Shown piece by piece: positions 51,793-61,341 of a stretch of 64,000 nucleotides of DNA. Source of the stretch: a virus. A program made the position numbers and the translations under genes. Position 1 is the first letter of the stretch. Every line of letters starts with the position of its first letter. The notes under the pieces were generated by a model. That model was not told the DNA's origin and searched no databases. It was given only the letters and a program-made list of their open reading frames with translations. The stretch is taken from positions 4,381 to 68,380 of IMG/VR virus record IMGVR_UViG_3300005264_000039. One strand, given 5' to 3'.

Positions 51793-52008
51793 TTATTTGA
51801 AGGTACAACCTATATCATCAGCTATTTTATGGTGGTTTCTAACATGTAACCATTCCATTATATCGTTTACTATTTCTACGTTTGTTTCCATCTCTTCTTC
51901 TATCATTATATCATCAATAAGTACAAGTAATTCATCACATTTGGTATTTCCTGTACTTTCTGCTGATATTATTACGCTAATTTTTTGTTTTAATTCTTCT
52001 TTTGTCAT
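51793..52008 (-). CDS. hypothetical protein
   Basis: 71 aa ORF with ATGA overlap. Confidence 0.55.
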   Translation of the reverse strand: MTKEELKQKISVIISAESTGNTKCDELLVLIDDIMIEEEMETNVEIVNDIMEWLHVRNHHKIADDIGCTFK

Positions 52009-52952
52009 TTAATTTCATTTAATTGGTGTTTTAAAAATGTATATAACTTCTTATTCCAAACAGCATCATCAATTGATTTATGTTCATTGTATTGCGTTGG
52101 GTAGTTTGGCGATGATTTTATTTCATATAAGACACTATCAAATGTTTGTTTACTTGGAACACTGTCAGACTGTTTATCAATTGCATTTGCTTTATATTGG
52201 ACAATCATGTCCAAATCTTGTTTCAAATCAAAACAAGTCCAATTAATATTAGGTGGTAAATTCAACAATTTAGTATCAAATAATCTATAAAATAACATCC
52301 AATCAGTCGTATTATAATATCCATAAAATTGAGCCCTCTCATTTGGATATTTTTTCTCAATTGTACCAAATTTTGTTTCAACATTTTCAGTACCTAAAAA
52401 AGATTCAATTTCAGTAGATATTTGATTTGATGATTTACCATATTTGTTAATAAGCTGTTTTAAATCTTTATAATATATTTTAGGAAATTCAGTCCAGTCA
52501 TTAAAATCTATATGTAATGTTTCTTTTCCTATATCACTATTACGAATATCATTTAATTTCAGTCCTTGATATATTGAAATTAGTACATTATTACGTAACC
52601 ATAAATCTTCCCATGCATCTTTTAAATTAAATTCATTACATATTGCATAATACGTTGTAAAATAATTTAATTTAACTTGATTATCTTTTATTGATGTAAT
52701 TGAATATTCTCCAATTGGGAGTGCATATTCCCAAGTATTCCAATTACATGAATCATTTGTGTCAGCGGTTAATTTTGAATTGGTTACGCCAATGTTCGTA
52801 TATTCATTTGGAACACTTATTGTTCGTGTTCGTGTTTCACTCACAATACCAATACTTATCAATTCTAATGTTGGTGTTTGTTTTATTTGCTTACCAAATA
52901 ACTTAATATTTTTATTATACTCGTGAAATTTAGTATCTAAGAAGTACTTCAT
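52005..52952 (-). CDS. DEDD 3'-5' exo(ribo)nuclease-like protein
   Basis: YFLDTKF (normally DTEF), LISIGIV, DW..F, FDLKQ, EHKSIDDA.W. Confidence 0.7.
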   Translation of the reverse strand: MKYFLDTKFHEYNKNIKLFGKQIKQTPTLELISIGIVSETRTRTISVPNEYTNIGVTNSKLTADTNDSCNWNTWEYALPIGEYSITSIKDNQVKLNYFTTYYAICNEFNLKDAWEDLWLRNNVLISIYQGLKLNDIRNSDIGKETLHIDFNDWTEFPKIYYKDLKQLINKYGKSSNQISTEIESFLGTENVETKFGTIEKKYPNERAQFYGYYNTTDWMLFYRLFDTKLLNLPPNINWTCFDLKQDLDMIVQYKANAIDKQSDSVPSKQTFDSVLYEIKSSPNYPTQYNEHKSIDDAVWNKKLYTFLKHQLNEIK

Positions 52953-53047
52953 AATTATCTATGGGGTTCTATTTTTTTTCTATTTTTATAAACAACTTCA
53001 AGTTCCCAATCGTGTTTTGATTTTTTGTTTTTTTCATTCATTTTATT

Positions 53048-53314
53048 TTAACGTAATTCTAGTATTTTAACATAACATTCTTTTACATCTTTCAAACAAT
53101 ACCATCTATCAAAGTACTTTTCTACATATTCATCTTTAATCCATCCATCGGGGTTTTCATATTGTTTATAATAATGTTTCCACCTTTTTAATATTTCATT
53201 GAATTTAATCGTGTAGTCTATAGCAACATATTTATGCATTGTTGCAAATATTTCTACATTATAGCGTTCATCAATTTCACCAGAAGAATATTTTACAATA
53301 TATAAATTTTCCAT
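53048..53314 (-). CDS. hypothetical protein
   Basis: 88 aa ORF. Confidence 0.55.
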   Translation of the reverse strand: MENLYIVKYSSGEIDERYNVEIFATMHKYVAIDYTIKFNEILKRWKHYYKQYENPDGWIKDEYVEKYFDRWYCLKDVKECYVKILELR

Positions 53315-53402
53315 TTGGGTTTTGTTTTTTTATTTAATTCGAATACTTTTTATAAATTACACGTCACAATTAAAACTTTTTATAAAATATTATTTTTATT
53401 AT

Positions 53403-53759
53403 TTATAATGCTTCTGATTTTAAGAGTTTATTTAGTTGATGATAATTTATTATACCATAATGTTCATTTAATTCTTCTGTCATTGTAAATATTTGTTGTG
53501 CACCATTATGTCTAAACTTAATAATAAGATTATTTGTATTGTCGGTACTTTGCTGTATATAATCAATACTAATATTTCGTGTATTAATATACTCACTTTC
53601 AAGAGAAGGATTGTCAGTATATTTTAAAATTAGTTTATAACAGTATTTATTGATAATAGTATTGAGACTGAATCTACTTGTGTTATCGAATAATGATAAA
53701 ATAACCATTATAGAAAAAAATATACCAATTATTATTAAAAATATGTTTATTAAATCCAT
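53403..53759 (-). CDS. membrane-anchored hypothetical protein
   Basis: N-terminal transmembrane segment. Confidence 0.55.
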   Translation of the reverse strand: MDLINIFLIIIGIFFSIMVILSLFDNTSRFSLNTIINKYCYKLILKYTDNPSLESEYINTRNISIDYIQQSTDNTNNLIIKFRHNGAQQIFTMTEELNEHYGIINYHQLNKLLKSEAL

Positions 53760-53771
53760 TTTATATAATAT

Positions 53772-53948
53772 TTAATGATTCCAATTGGAATCATTTTGTA
53801 ATGAAAGATAATCTTCACAATATATTCCATGTATACCATTGATTTGATAATACATTCGAGTATCACCCATCACTTGTTTATAATTAGGTTCTCTACCTAA
53901 TCATTTGGCAATGATTATGTTATTTTCTATTACTTGTTTATTGCTCAT
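53772..53948 (-). pseudogene. gene remnant with internal TGA
   Basis: MSNKQVIENNIIIAK*LGREPNY...; TGA at 53901-53903. Confidence 0.45.
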
Positions 53949-54459
53949 TTTTAATTATCTTAAATATTTTTTGTATGCCATCATGTTCTGCTTCTTCATA
54001 TGACATAGTTTCGATAAACCTATCTTCATTATCATCTATATGTCTTGTATGATAAATACAAAGTCCACTACAAAGAAGTTTTAAATCTGAAGATGTAGTA
54101 TTCACTCTAAACCACCTAAATAATTTCCGAATAAAACTATCAGACCCTTCGGTATCTTTTAAAAGAATATACCATGTCTCTAACCAACTTGCATCTGATA
54201 TTCGTTGAGTAATATCATAATCAGGTAAGTTTGGATTTGGTAATTGACTAAATATCCAATCAATTAATCGGTAGTATGTTGGTGCTGGAATATAACTATT
54301 ATGTTTATACCCATCTATATTTACATTATCTTTAAATAATTCATATCTTTTTTTTAAAATATGATTTATATCATAGTAATCATTAGTATCATTATTAAAT
54401 CCTTTCTCTTTAGCAATTTTAGCCAATTTAAATGTGATTATTTCTTTATTTAATTCCAT
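53938..54459 (-). CDS. hypothetical phage protein
   Basis: ITFKLAKIAKEKGF, PAPT, RWFR, SYEEA; motif-2 promoter at 54503-54515. Confidence 0.65.
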   Translation of the reverse strand: MELNKEIITFKLAKIAKEKGFNNDTNDYYDINHILKKRYELFKDNVNIDGYKHNSYIPAPTYYRLIDWIFSQLPNPNLPDYDITQRISDASWLETWYILLKDTEGSDSFIRKLFRWFRVNTTSSDLKLLCSGLCIYHTRHIDDNEDRFIETMSYEEAEHDGIQKIFKIIKNEQ

Positions 54460-54570
54460 ATATTTGACATCTCCAAACTTATTTGTATAATAATTAGTTT
54501 GTATAAATAAACGAATTTATTTTTTAATAATGTAAAATTTAATTGTTTTTATTTAATATAAAAAATAATT

Positions 54571-54804
54571 ATGAAAATAGTAGAAGGATTATACACTAAA
54601 ACAGATAAAACATCTCGTGATATAAAAGTATTTGTTTTAGAAGAAAATAATACCCATATAAAAGGGATTGACTTATCATTATTAAACGAACAAGACACAC
54701 AAGAATTTAATAGTGCATTAAATATATTAAATGATGTAATAACAAAAACAATAAAAACATCATTTAGAAATTTTAAAAAAGACCAACTAACAATAAAAAA
54801 ATAA
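54571..54804 (+). CDS. hypothetical protein
   Basis: 77 aa ORF. Confidence 0.6.
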   Translation: MKIVEGLYTKTDKTSRDIKVFVLEENNTHIKGIDLSLLNEQDTQEFNSALNILNDVITKTIKTSFRNFKKDQLTIKK

Positions 54805-54808
54805 AAAC

Positions 54809-56128
54809 ATGAAAATTTTATTATTGAGCAATGATTTAAGATTAGAAGACGAACATTCGATTTCGTTATTTAATTTGATAGTTAAAACATCTACTGATAA
54901 TGTCGAATGGGTTAATTTTTCTCATTATTATGATATGAAACACCCTGATTTTGGTAATATATTGAAAATTGATTTAAATAATATTGCTGGTAATGGTGTT
55001 ATGACTATCTATCCATTTAATCTATTAGATGTAGTAAATTCACCCAAATTATTCAATGAAGTATACGAAGAAGAATTACCTGATTTAATAATGGTTTCAA
55101 CTAATGATTTAACTAAATATGATTGGATTTTTTCTGATGATAAAAATATTAACATCTTAAACAATACACCAGTAATTGTATATAATAGTTGGATTGATTT
55201 ACCGTTGGTATATGGGTTTAAACCATATTACGAATTTGCCGATAAAATATTAACTATGAATTATATGGCACACACTAATGCTAAATTAATATTGGGAAAG
55301 CGTGCTTTCAATAAAAAAGTAAACTATTTACCGCCAAATATCAATACAAATGTTTTCAATGGCAACATCATTAACAATGATTTGAACAAGATTTTTAAAA
55401 ACACATCTAAATTCAATATAATTGCAGAAAATCACCCACGTAATATTGAAGTGTTTACTCAATTTATTCAAACAATTGGTCATAGTATTCGTAAACAAAT
55501 TAGATTAATAATAATAGATGGGAATGATACAATTGTAAATTACTTGCGAAACAATTTATTAGATAAGTTAAATATAATACCAATTACAAAGCAATTATCA
55601 GATAATGATTTAAATTATCTATTTAGTATGTCTGATTTGTATATCGACAATAAACCATTAAATGATTTATCTTATAATACATTAAAGGCTATTAGTTGTA
55701 GTACACCGATTGTAGTTAATAATACTGGTGCTAACATTGATTATTCGACTGATTATAATTTACTAAACAGATTATCAAAAGAAAAACCATATCCTACAAC
55801 AGTAAAAACAACAAGTAATTCAATATTAGTTGAAAAGGGTTTGAAGGTATTACAAACGATGTATAAAAACCAAATGGTGTATTCAACGATAAGTGACGAT
55901 AATGAGTTTATTAAAAAGATGAATTCAATTTATAAAAATAAACATAAAACAGGTGAATTACGAGCAAAAGCAATACAATACTTTGATACGGATGTTATTA
56001 GTTCAAAATTGATAGCTATAATAAATGATACTGTAGATAATTTTGAACCCAAAAGTATCAAACTACCATTGGTGGTGAAAAATAGTTACAAAGGAATAAA
56101 AAATAATATGAGTGGTAAATATATTTAG
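54809..56128 (+). CDS. GT-B fold (GT4-like) glycosyltransferase, divergent
   Basis: MKILLLSNDLR, PDLI, LNYLFSMSDLYI, KAISCSTPIVVNNTGA. Confidence 0.7.
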   Translation: MKILLLSNDLRLEDEHSISLFNLIVKTSTDNVEWVNFSHYYDMKHPDFGNILKIDLNNIAGNGVMTIYPFNLLDVVNSPKLFNEVYEEELPDLIMVSTNDLTKYDWIFSDDKNINILNNTPVIVYNSWIDLPLVYGFKPYYEFADKILTMNYMAHTNAKLILGKRAFNKKVNYLPPNINTNVFNGNIINNDLNKIFKNTSKFNIIAENHPRNIEVFTQFIQTIGHSIRKQIRLIIIDGNDTIVNYLRNNLLDKLNIIPITKQLSDNDLNYLFSMSDLYIDNKPLNDLSYNTLKAISCSTPIVVNNTGANIDYSTDYNLLNRLSKEKPYPTTVKTTSNSILVEKGLKVLQTMYKNQMVYSTISDDNEFIKKMNSIYKNKHKTGELRAKAIQYFDTDVISSKLIAIINDTVDNFEPKSIKLPLVVKNSYKGIKNNMSGKYI

Positions 56129-56163
56129 TTTACTTAATTTTATTAAAATCTATTTATAATAAA

Positions 56164-56676
56164 ATGCCACTAATAAAACGTTCTGTATTTAAACCTAGTG
56201 AAAGTAAATACTACACTTATTATAATACACGAATCAAAAAAACAGCAAATACTACACCATCTAAATTAAAAACAGGATATGTATGTAGATTATTTTATAC
56301 TAAATTAGATGAAGTTAAAAAGGTTGGTCAATATGGTAAACGGATTGTATTGACAAAACCTTTGCAATATATAATACTGGTGTTACATCCAAATTTTCAT
56401 GGATATATGCATGCACTGAAAATATCAAATATTCGACCAACTTATTTTAAAAAATGGGTGAATAAAATTGGAATTGGTAGTGACAAGCAACGTAAATTCA
56501 TAATACTAAAATTGAAATTTCCTCGTTTAAAAATGACACAACAACAAGCAAAACAATTTTATAATAAAAACATAAAACCACACACAAAAACTTCATTTGA
56601 AAATACTTATCGTACATTCCGAACTGATAGAATGAAAAGTGTGAAAGTTGCTGATTTTGAATTTGATAAATTATGA
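56164..56676 (+). CDS. basic hypothetical protein
   Basis: 170 aa, Lys/Arg-rich; TATTTATA at 56151. Confidence 0.6.
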   Translation: MPLIKRSVFKPSESKYYTYYNTRIKKTANTTPSKLKTGYVCRLFYTKLDEVKKVGQYGKRIVLTKPLQYIILVLHPNFHGYMHALKISNIRPTYFKKWVNKIGIGSDKQRKFIILKLKFPRLKMTQQQAKQFYNKNIKPHTKTSFENTYRTFRTDRMKSVKVADFEFDKL

Positions 56677-56930
56677 TTGATTACTATTTAATACTACCTG
56701 GAATGGATGAAACTGATATGATTTTTGATGAAATGACATTGGGTACTAATAATAAAATGGGTACATTTTTTGCATCAGGTGGATTTAATATTTTACAACA
56801 AATTGTGAATGATAATAATGAGAAATTATTAGCACAAATTAAAATAAAAGATAATAAAAACAAAGAATGGACAATAATGTCATTTCTTGACTTAATTAGC
56901 CAAATTGAAATACGCCTCCCAAATGAATAA
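56673..56930 (+). CDS. hypothetical protein
   Basis: 85 aa ORF with ATGA overlap. Confidence 0.6.
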   Translation: MIDYYLILPGMDETDMIFDEMTLGTNNKMGTFFASGGFNILQQIVNDNNEKLLAQIKIKDNKNKEWTIMSFLDLISQIEIRLPNE

Positions 56931-57498
56931 GATTTATAATAAAATTATAGTTTTAATAGTACGAGTTAAATTATTATTCCATCCACTATTCAGATTATCA
57001 ATAAATAAAATACCAAATCGTTTTGGGAATAATATATCAGATGAAATTATTCGCCAATTATATTATATTATATTATATGAAAAACTAAAATCTATAATAA
57101 AAATATCAAAATTCATCATAATTGATTATAATGTGCTTTCTAAATTAACACGAATTGAACTGTTGTCGTATATAACTAATAAAATCAATATGATTATTAA
57201 ACGTTATGAATCAAATATATACACTAAATTTATAACATTGACAAATAATGTTATAGGACGTAAATATTATGATATTATATATACACAATCATTTAAACCA
57301 TATCACAATCAAAATATAACATTCATTCAAAATGTAATATGGATATTTTATAATGATTATGTAAAGTTATATCAAAAATTGTATATGTTATTTGATATAT
57401 TTACGTTATCATATAAAATAGCTTCAGTGGAATTGTATGAAAATTTGTATAATTATAAGCACCAAGAAATAATACAAAAACATAAAATAAACAACTAG
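56923..57498 (+). CDS. hypothetical protein
   Basis: ORF overlapping upstream stop; ATG at 56923. Confidence 0.5.
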   Translation: MNKIYNKIIVLIVRVKLLFHPLFRLSINKIPNRFGNNISDEIIRQLYYIILYEKLKSIIKISKFIIIDYNVLSKLTRIELLSYITNKINMIIKRYESNIYTKFITLTNNVIGRKYYDIIYTQSFKPYHNQNITFIQNVIWIFYNDYVKLYQKLYMLFDIFTLSYKIASVELYENLYNYKHQEIIQKHKINN

Positions 57499-57513
57499 AT
57501 ATTATTTAACAAC

Positions 57514-57545
57514 AAAAACATCAACTATATTCAGTTGATGTTTTT
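57514..57545 (+). terminator. terminator hairpin
   Basis: AAAAACATCAACT-ATATTC-AGTTGATGTTTTT. Confidence 0.8.
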
Positions 57546-57580
57546 ATTTATATATTACTATTTATATAAAAGACCACACT

Positions 57581-58012
57581 ATGAATAAAAAAGAATTAGT
57601 ACGATTGATTGAAAATATCATTTCTGAGAATATAAATTTCGATAAACTTAAAACATCAATAACTAAATTACAAAATGATAAAATAGATATACAGCAAACA
57701 TTTCAACCTGAAATAGAAAAATTGCAGACCGAAATCAATTGGTTACAAGATATGATACAGCCAATTATCAAATTCGAATCATCAGTTCAACAAGTCATAA
57801 AAATAAAAAAAGTAAATATAGATTTTAAACCAATTGACTACAATGCCAAATTATGTACAATTAATTTAACAATGCATATTAAAGGTTTTGATGATGTTGT
57901 TAATGCAATGAAAACTGAAATCGATGTTATTGCAAAAAACATTTTTAGTAAACTTAGTAAAATTAAAATTTCATTAAAAGGTAATAAAATCAATGTAGTA
58001 TTACGCAAATAA
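57581..58012 (+). CDS. leader-bearing coiled-coil protein, putative internal head protein
   Basis: MNKKELVRLIENIISE leader; TATTTATA at 57559. Confidence 0.65.
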   Translation: MNKKELVRLIENIISENINFDKLKTSITKLQNDKIDIQQTFQPEIEKLQTEINWLQDMIQPIIKFESSVQQVIKIKKVNIDFKPIDYNAKLCTINLTMHIKGFDDVVNAMKTEIDVIAKNIFSKLSKIKISLKGNKINVVLRK

Positions 58013-58094
58013 TATAACGAAATCTTAGTTCTAATGATGTATAATATACTTATAATATCAAACAATCACTAGAAATAATAACGTCTTATAACAC

Positions 58095-58122
58095 AAAAAA
58101 AAGCCATTTAAAATGGCTTTTT
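58095..58122. terminator. bidirectional terminator
   Basis: A8-GCCATTT-A-AAATGGC-T5. Confidence 0.75.
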
Positions 58123-58140
58123 AATTATTAGTATATTTGT

Positions 58141-58398
58141 CTATTTATTACTTTCAATAAAACTGACAATTTCTTTCAATGAATCGTAGTTATCTTTCGT
58201 TACAACTATACTCGCCCACGCTCCATCTACAGATTTGTAACCAAGTATATATCGGATTGCTACAAGTATTCTTTTAAATAAACTTCGATTAGTTAAATGT
58301 GGAAATAGATATACCATATTACGAACATCTTCAACTGTTTTTTCGATTATTATTTGGTGTTCGTTCGCACCACACGCACATTTTAATACTTTAATCAT
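58141..58398 (-). CDS. hypothetical phage protein
   Basis: CAC...EH, FKRI..AIRYI.GYKS..G.W; motif-2 promoter at 58484-58496. Confidence 0.65.
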   Translation of the reverse strand: MIKVLKCACGANEHQIIIEKTVEDVRNMVYLFPHLTNRSLFKRILVAIRYILGYKSVDGAWASIVVTKDNYDSLKEIVSFIESNK

Positions 58399-58523
58399 AC
58401 TATTTGTTTTATTTGAGTATAATTTTATAGTCAGTTGGTTTATTTATTGTAATTATTTTGGAATTTATTTTCACTCACCTTTAACAAATAAACGAATTTA
58501 ATTTTAATTATCCCCATTATAAT

Positions 58524-58796
58524 TTATTCATTAGTGACATCTTCAAACATCACAGTATTAAATTTTAATTCAGGGAATTCCTGAAATTCGACTTTAGAAC
58601 TATATGCTTCAACATATATTTCTTCGATTGTTAAAATATCTCCAATTACAAATGGTAAATTCTCATGTTCAATTGGATATCCGTTTGTGCCTGTATATCT
58701 TACTTGTCTATTTTTAGGAATATGTGTTCTTGTCGAGTTACTGTTTACAAATGACATCACTATCAATCCATCTGATATATTCATTGGTATGTTCAT
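58524..58796 (-). CDS. hypothetical phage protein
   Basis: NGY, FNTVMFE. Confidence 0.6.
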   Translation of the reverse strand: MNIPMNISDGLIVMSFVNSNSTRTHIPKNRQVRYTGTNGYPIEHENLPFVIGDILTIEEIYVEAYSSKVEFQEFPELKFNTVMFEDVTNE

Positions 58797-59065
58797 TGTT
58801 TTTCGTATTTTTGTTGCTGGAATAACATATTATCTTTACGCTTACATTTTAAATAATTTCGCATTGGTATTGTGAATATGCCGATTGAAGAATGTTTTGT
58901 TGTTCTATACATTAAAGTGATACTGTATGGTATCTTATACCAAAATGTACGGTTTATATTAAAATAAATAGGAGATTTTAATGTTATATTAAGTGTTTTT
59001 AACATATATAATCCTATAATGAATAATATAATACTTGATACTGTGTTTATGTATAGTATAATCAT
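58793..59065 (-). CDS. membrane-anchored hypothetical protein
   Basis: N-terminal TM; motif-2 promoter at 59082-59094. Confidence 0.55.
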   Translation of the reverse strand: MIILYINTVSSIILFIIGLYMLKTLNITLKSPIYFNINRTFWYKIPYSITLMYRTTKHSSIGIFTIPMRNYLKCKRKDNMLFQQQKYEKQ

Positions 59066-59134
59066 ATTTTTAATTTTTATTATAAATAAACGAACTTTTT
59101 AACTAATAATTCAATTTTTATAATAAAAAATAAA

Positions 59135-59165
59135 TCTGGTAGTATTAAAATTATTACTATCTTTG
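59135..59165 (+). promoter_or_regulatory. Bacteroidota-type promoter
   Basis: TCTG, 19 nt spacer, TATCTTTG (59158-59165), 15 nt before ATG. Confidence 0.6.
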
Positions 59166-59180
59166 CATTAAAAAATTATT

Positions 59181-59801
59181 ATGAATAAAGTATTATATGG
59201 TCATGTTGACATTAAATCAGCATATGTAATTGATGACTATCCGTATAGTAGACTCAGAACAAAAATGAACGTTTGGGTTGAAACACATCCCAAACGAGGT
59301 GACAGAGTTTATAGACAAACTCAGAATCCAAAAACAGGCAGATGGAATAAACCAAAAGTATCTACATATTTTATGATTACATTTTTATTTTTAGATGAAA
59401 AAAATCATGTAGTTGTTAAAGGGTTAAATGAATATGCTGATGAGAAAGAGGTTCAATTGTATATAAAAACAATTGGTATCAAGAATTTAAACAAATATCA
59501 ATTAGAACAATATAAAAAACTAACAGGAGAGGCAGTCGTCAACTATAAATTAAAATGGGAAAGACGACCAAACGACAAGAAGTTATATCAAGTACGATTG
59601 CGAATTGATAGAGGTAGTTCATTAACAAGAGACAGATTAACTGAAATGTTTATTGAAATATTTTCCGATAGTAAATATAAAAAGAATATAGATGAATTAA
59701 TTGACAATAATGGTTCAATCATAGTATATTCAGGTACAACACCATTAACATCACCATTTAATATCGAATCAATTATCAAACAATTGAAAATTAAACGTTA
59801 G
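59181..59801 (+). CDS. hypothetical phage protein, probably early
   Basis: DDYPY.RLRT, QTQNPKTGRWNKPK.STY. Confidence 0.7.
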   Translation: MNKVLYGHVDIKSAYVIDDYPYSRLRTKMNVWVETHPKRGDRVYRQTQNPKTGRWNKPKVSTYFMITFLFLDEKNHVVVKGLNEYADEKEVQLYIKTIGIKNLNKYQLEQYKKLTGEAVVNYKLKWERRPNDKKLYQVRLRIDRGSSLTRDRLTEMFIEIFSDSKYKKNIDELIDNNGSIIVYSGTTPLTSPFNIESIIKQLKIKR

Positions 59802-59813
59802 GGATAACACAAT

Positions 59814-59853
59814 AAAATACCCATATAAAACTAATTTGTATGGGTATTTTTTT
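59814..59853 (+). terminator. terminator hairpin overlapping the convergent gene end
   Basis: AAAATACCCATATAAA...TTTGTATGGGTATTTT followed by T run. Confidence 0.7.
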
Positions 59854-60217
59854 TGTGAATTTGTTTTAACTCTCGTAATAATTTATTAATATGAATTTTA
59901 AAAGTGTTATAGTTATCACATCTGAGATTTATTATTAAATGTGTCAATTTCATAATTTCATCAGATAATAACCAATTACTTTTAATATAATCATACATAT
60001 TATGAATTTGTGCATTTTGATTAAATGATTTATTATTATATTCATGTAAATAAATATCACATAAACTAATACTTTTTTGAATATCTGATTTATAATCCCC
60101 CTTTTTTCGCCATAATCGTTTCAATAAATCAAATTCATATGCATTTAATGATGACATTTCACAAAATTGGTATAAACTTTTACCATCTTTGGTTTTATAA
60201 TATTCTTTGACATTCAT
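59831..60217 (-). CDS. DUF3310-like protein
   Basis: YY....SLY, EFDLLKR..RKKG....DIQK....DIYL. Confidence 0.5.
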   Translation of the reverse strand: MNVKEYYKTKDGKSLYQFCEMSSLNAYEFDLLKRLWRKKGDYKSDIQKSISLCDIYLHEYNNKSFNQNAQIHNMYDYIKSNWLLSDEIMKLTHLIINLRCDNYNTFKIHINKLLRELKQIHKKNTHTN

Positions 60218-60221
60218 TTTA

Positions 60222-60557
60222 TTAACATTTATTAGTTTCTAAATATGGTATTATATTAGCAGTATTTAGTAATTCTATTACATTGCTATATGACCTGTTT
60301 TCTAATAATATTGCATATAATGACTGTTCATCAATAATCATGTCTAAAATAGCTTGTTTTACTGTTTCATATTGATTTTTGAATACGAATGGTTTGCCGA
60401 TTGACATCCATTGGTAGTTTCCTTCGTTTAGTCGGAGTAATTGTAAAACTACGTATGATTTGTGACTATATTCATATATAATATAAAAAGAAAAATTAAA
60501 ATCTACAAATATAGATTGATTTACTTTGTCTAATTGGTCTTTATTTTTTATTATCAT
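60222..60557 (-). CDS. hypothetical protein
   Basis: 111 aa ORF. Confidence 0.55.
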   Translation of the reverse strand: MIIKNKDQLDKVNQSIFVDFNFSFYIIYEYSHKSYVVLQLLRLNEGNYQWMSIGKPFVFKNQYETVKQAILDMIIDEQSLYAILLENRSYSNVIELLNTANIIPYLETNKC

Positions 60558-60579
60558 AATAATAATTAAGTAATTTAAA

Positions 60580-61341
60580 TTAATTTAATAGATATGATGT
60601 TAATTTATTATTTAATAAGTTGGATACCCATTTTTCATTTATTATTTCTTCTAAATCATCATAATAAATTTTAATAATATATACTACATATGTTTGTTTA
60701 TCATAATATATGAAATTTTTAACATTTTCATTATGTACATATACTATTTTAATCATCATAATAGCAACTACATCACTTGGTAAATATGTTTGTTTATATA
60801 ACAATGATTTAGAAACATTTGCAACAAATTCTACAAAACCATCTCGATTGAATGTTACTTTGTTTGTGATGTCGCCTTTAACTTCAGAATGCAATGCTAT
60901 TTTATTTGTCGCACTTAACCATATATGTTTTTCTTTATATTTTACAGTTATAGGCAGACATCTATAATATAATATACACTCACCATCTTCATCAATAATA
61001 TCATAACCAAATGGTTCAGGTGTTATGTCATGTACTGTTTCTAATAGTGTATTTGATATTTCTTTGTTATTATTATTGTGACTATTATTAATCATATTAT
61101 TTATTGATTCAACATCCATTAAATTAACATAATTAGATTGATTTATATCTTCATCAGTTGGTAATTTAGGAGGGACATATACAGATGGTTTTTTATTTGG
61201 ATTTACGTGTGTATTTGGGTGTGTTTTGTCGTGTTTTATTTTTTTAATATTATATGCTGAAAATAATACTATTATTATTGTTATTAAAATTATTGGTATG
61301 ATTATAATACCGTTTCTGTTTTGATTAGAAATTAGTTCCAT
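60580..61341 (-). CDS. membrane-anchored hypothetical protein
   Basis: Ile-rich TM then Pro-rich linker; motif-2 promoter at 61367-61379. Confidence 0.65.
   Translation of the reverse strand: MELISNQNRNGIIIIPIILITIIIVLFSAYNIKKIKHDKTHPNTHVNPNKKPSVYVPPKLPTDEDINQSNYVNLMDVESINNMINNSHNNNNKEISNTLLETVHDITPEPFGYDIIDEDGECILYYRCLPITVKYKEKHIWLSATNKIALHSEVKGDITNKVTFNRDGFVEFVANVSKSLLYKQTYLPSDVVAIMMIKIVYVHNENVKNFIYYDKQTYVVYIIKIYYDDLEEIINEKWVSNLLNNKLTSYLLN

Noticed and set aside
56164-56676. T4 gp2 DNA end-protector assignment
   Set aside because: Only vague resemblance; the LNLHY-type motif is absent, so left as hypothetical.
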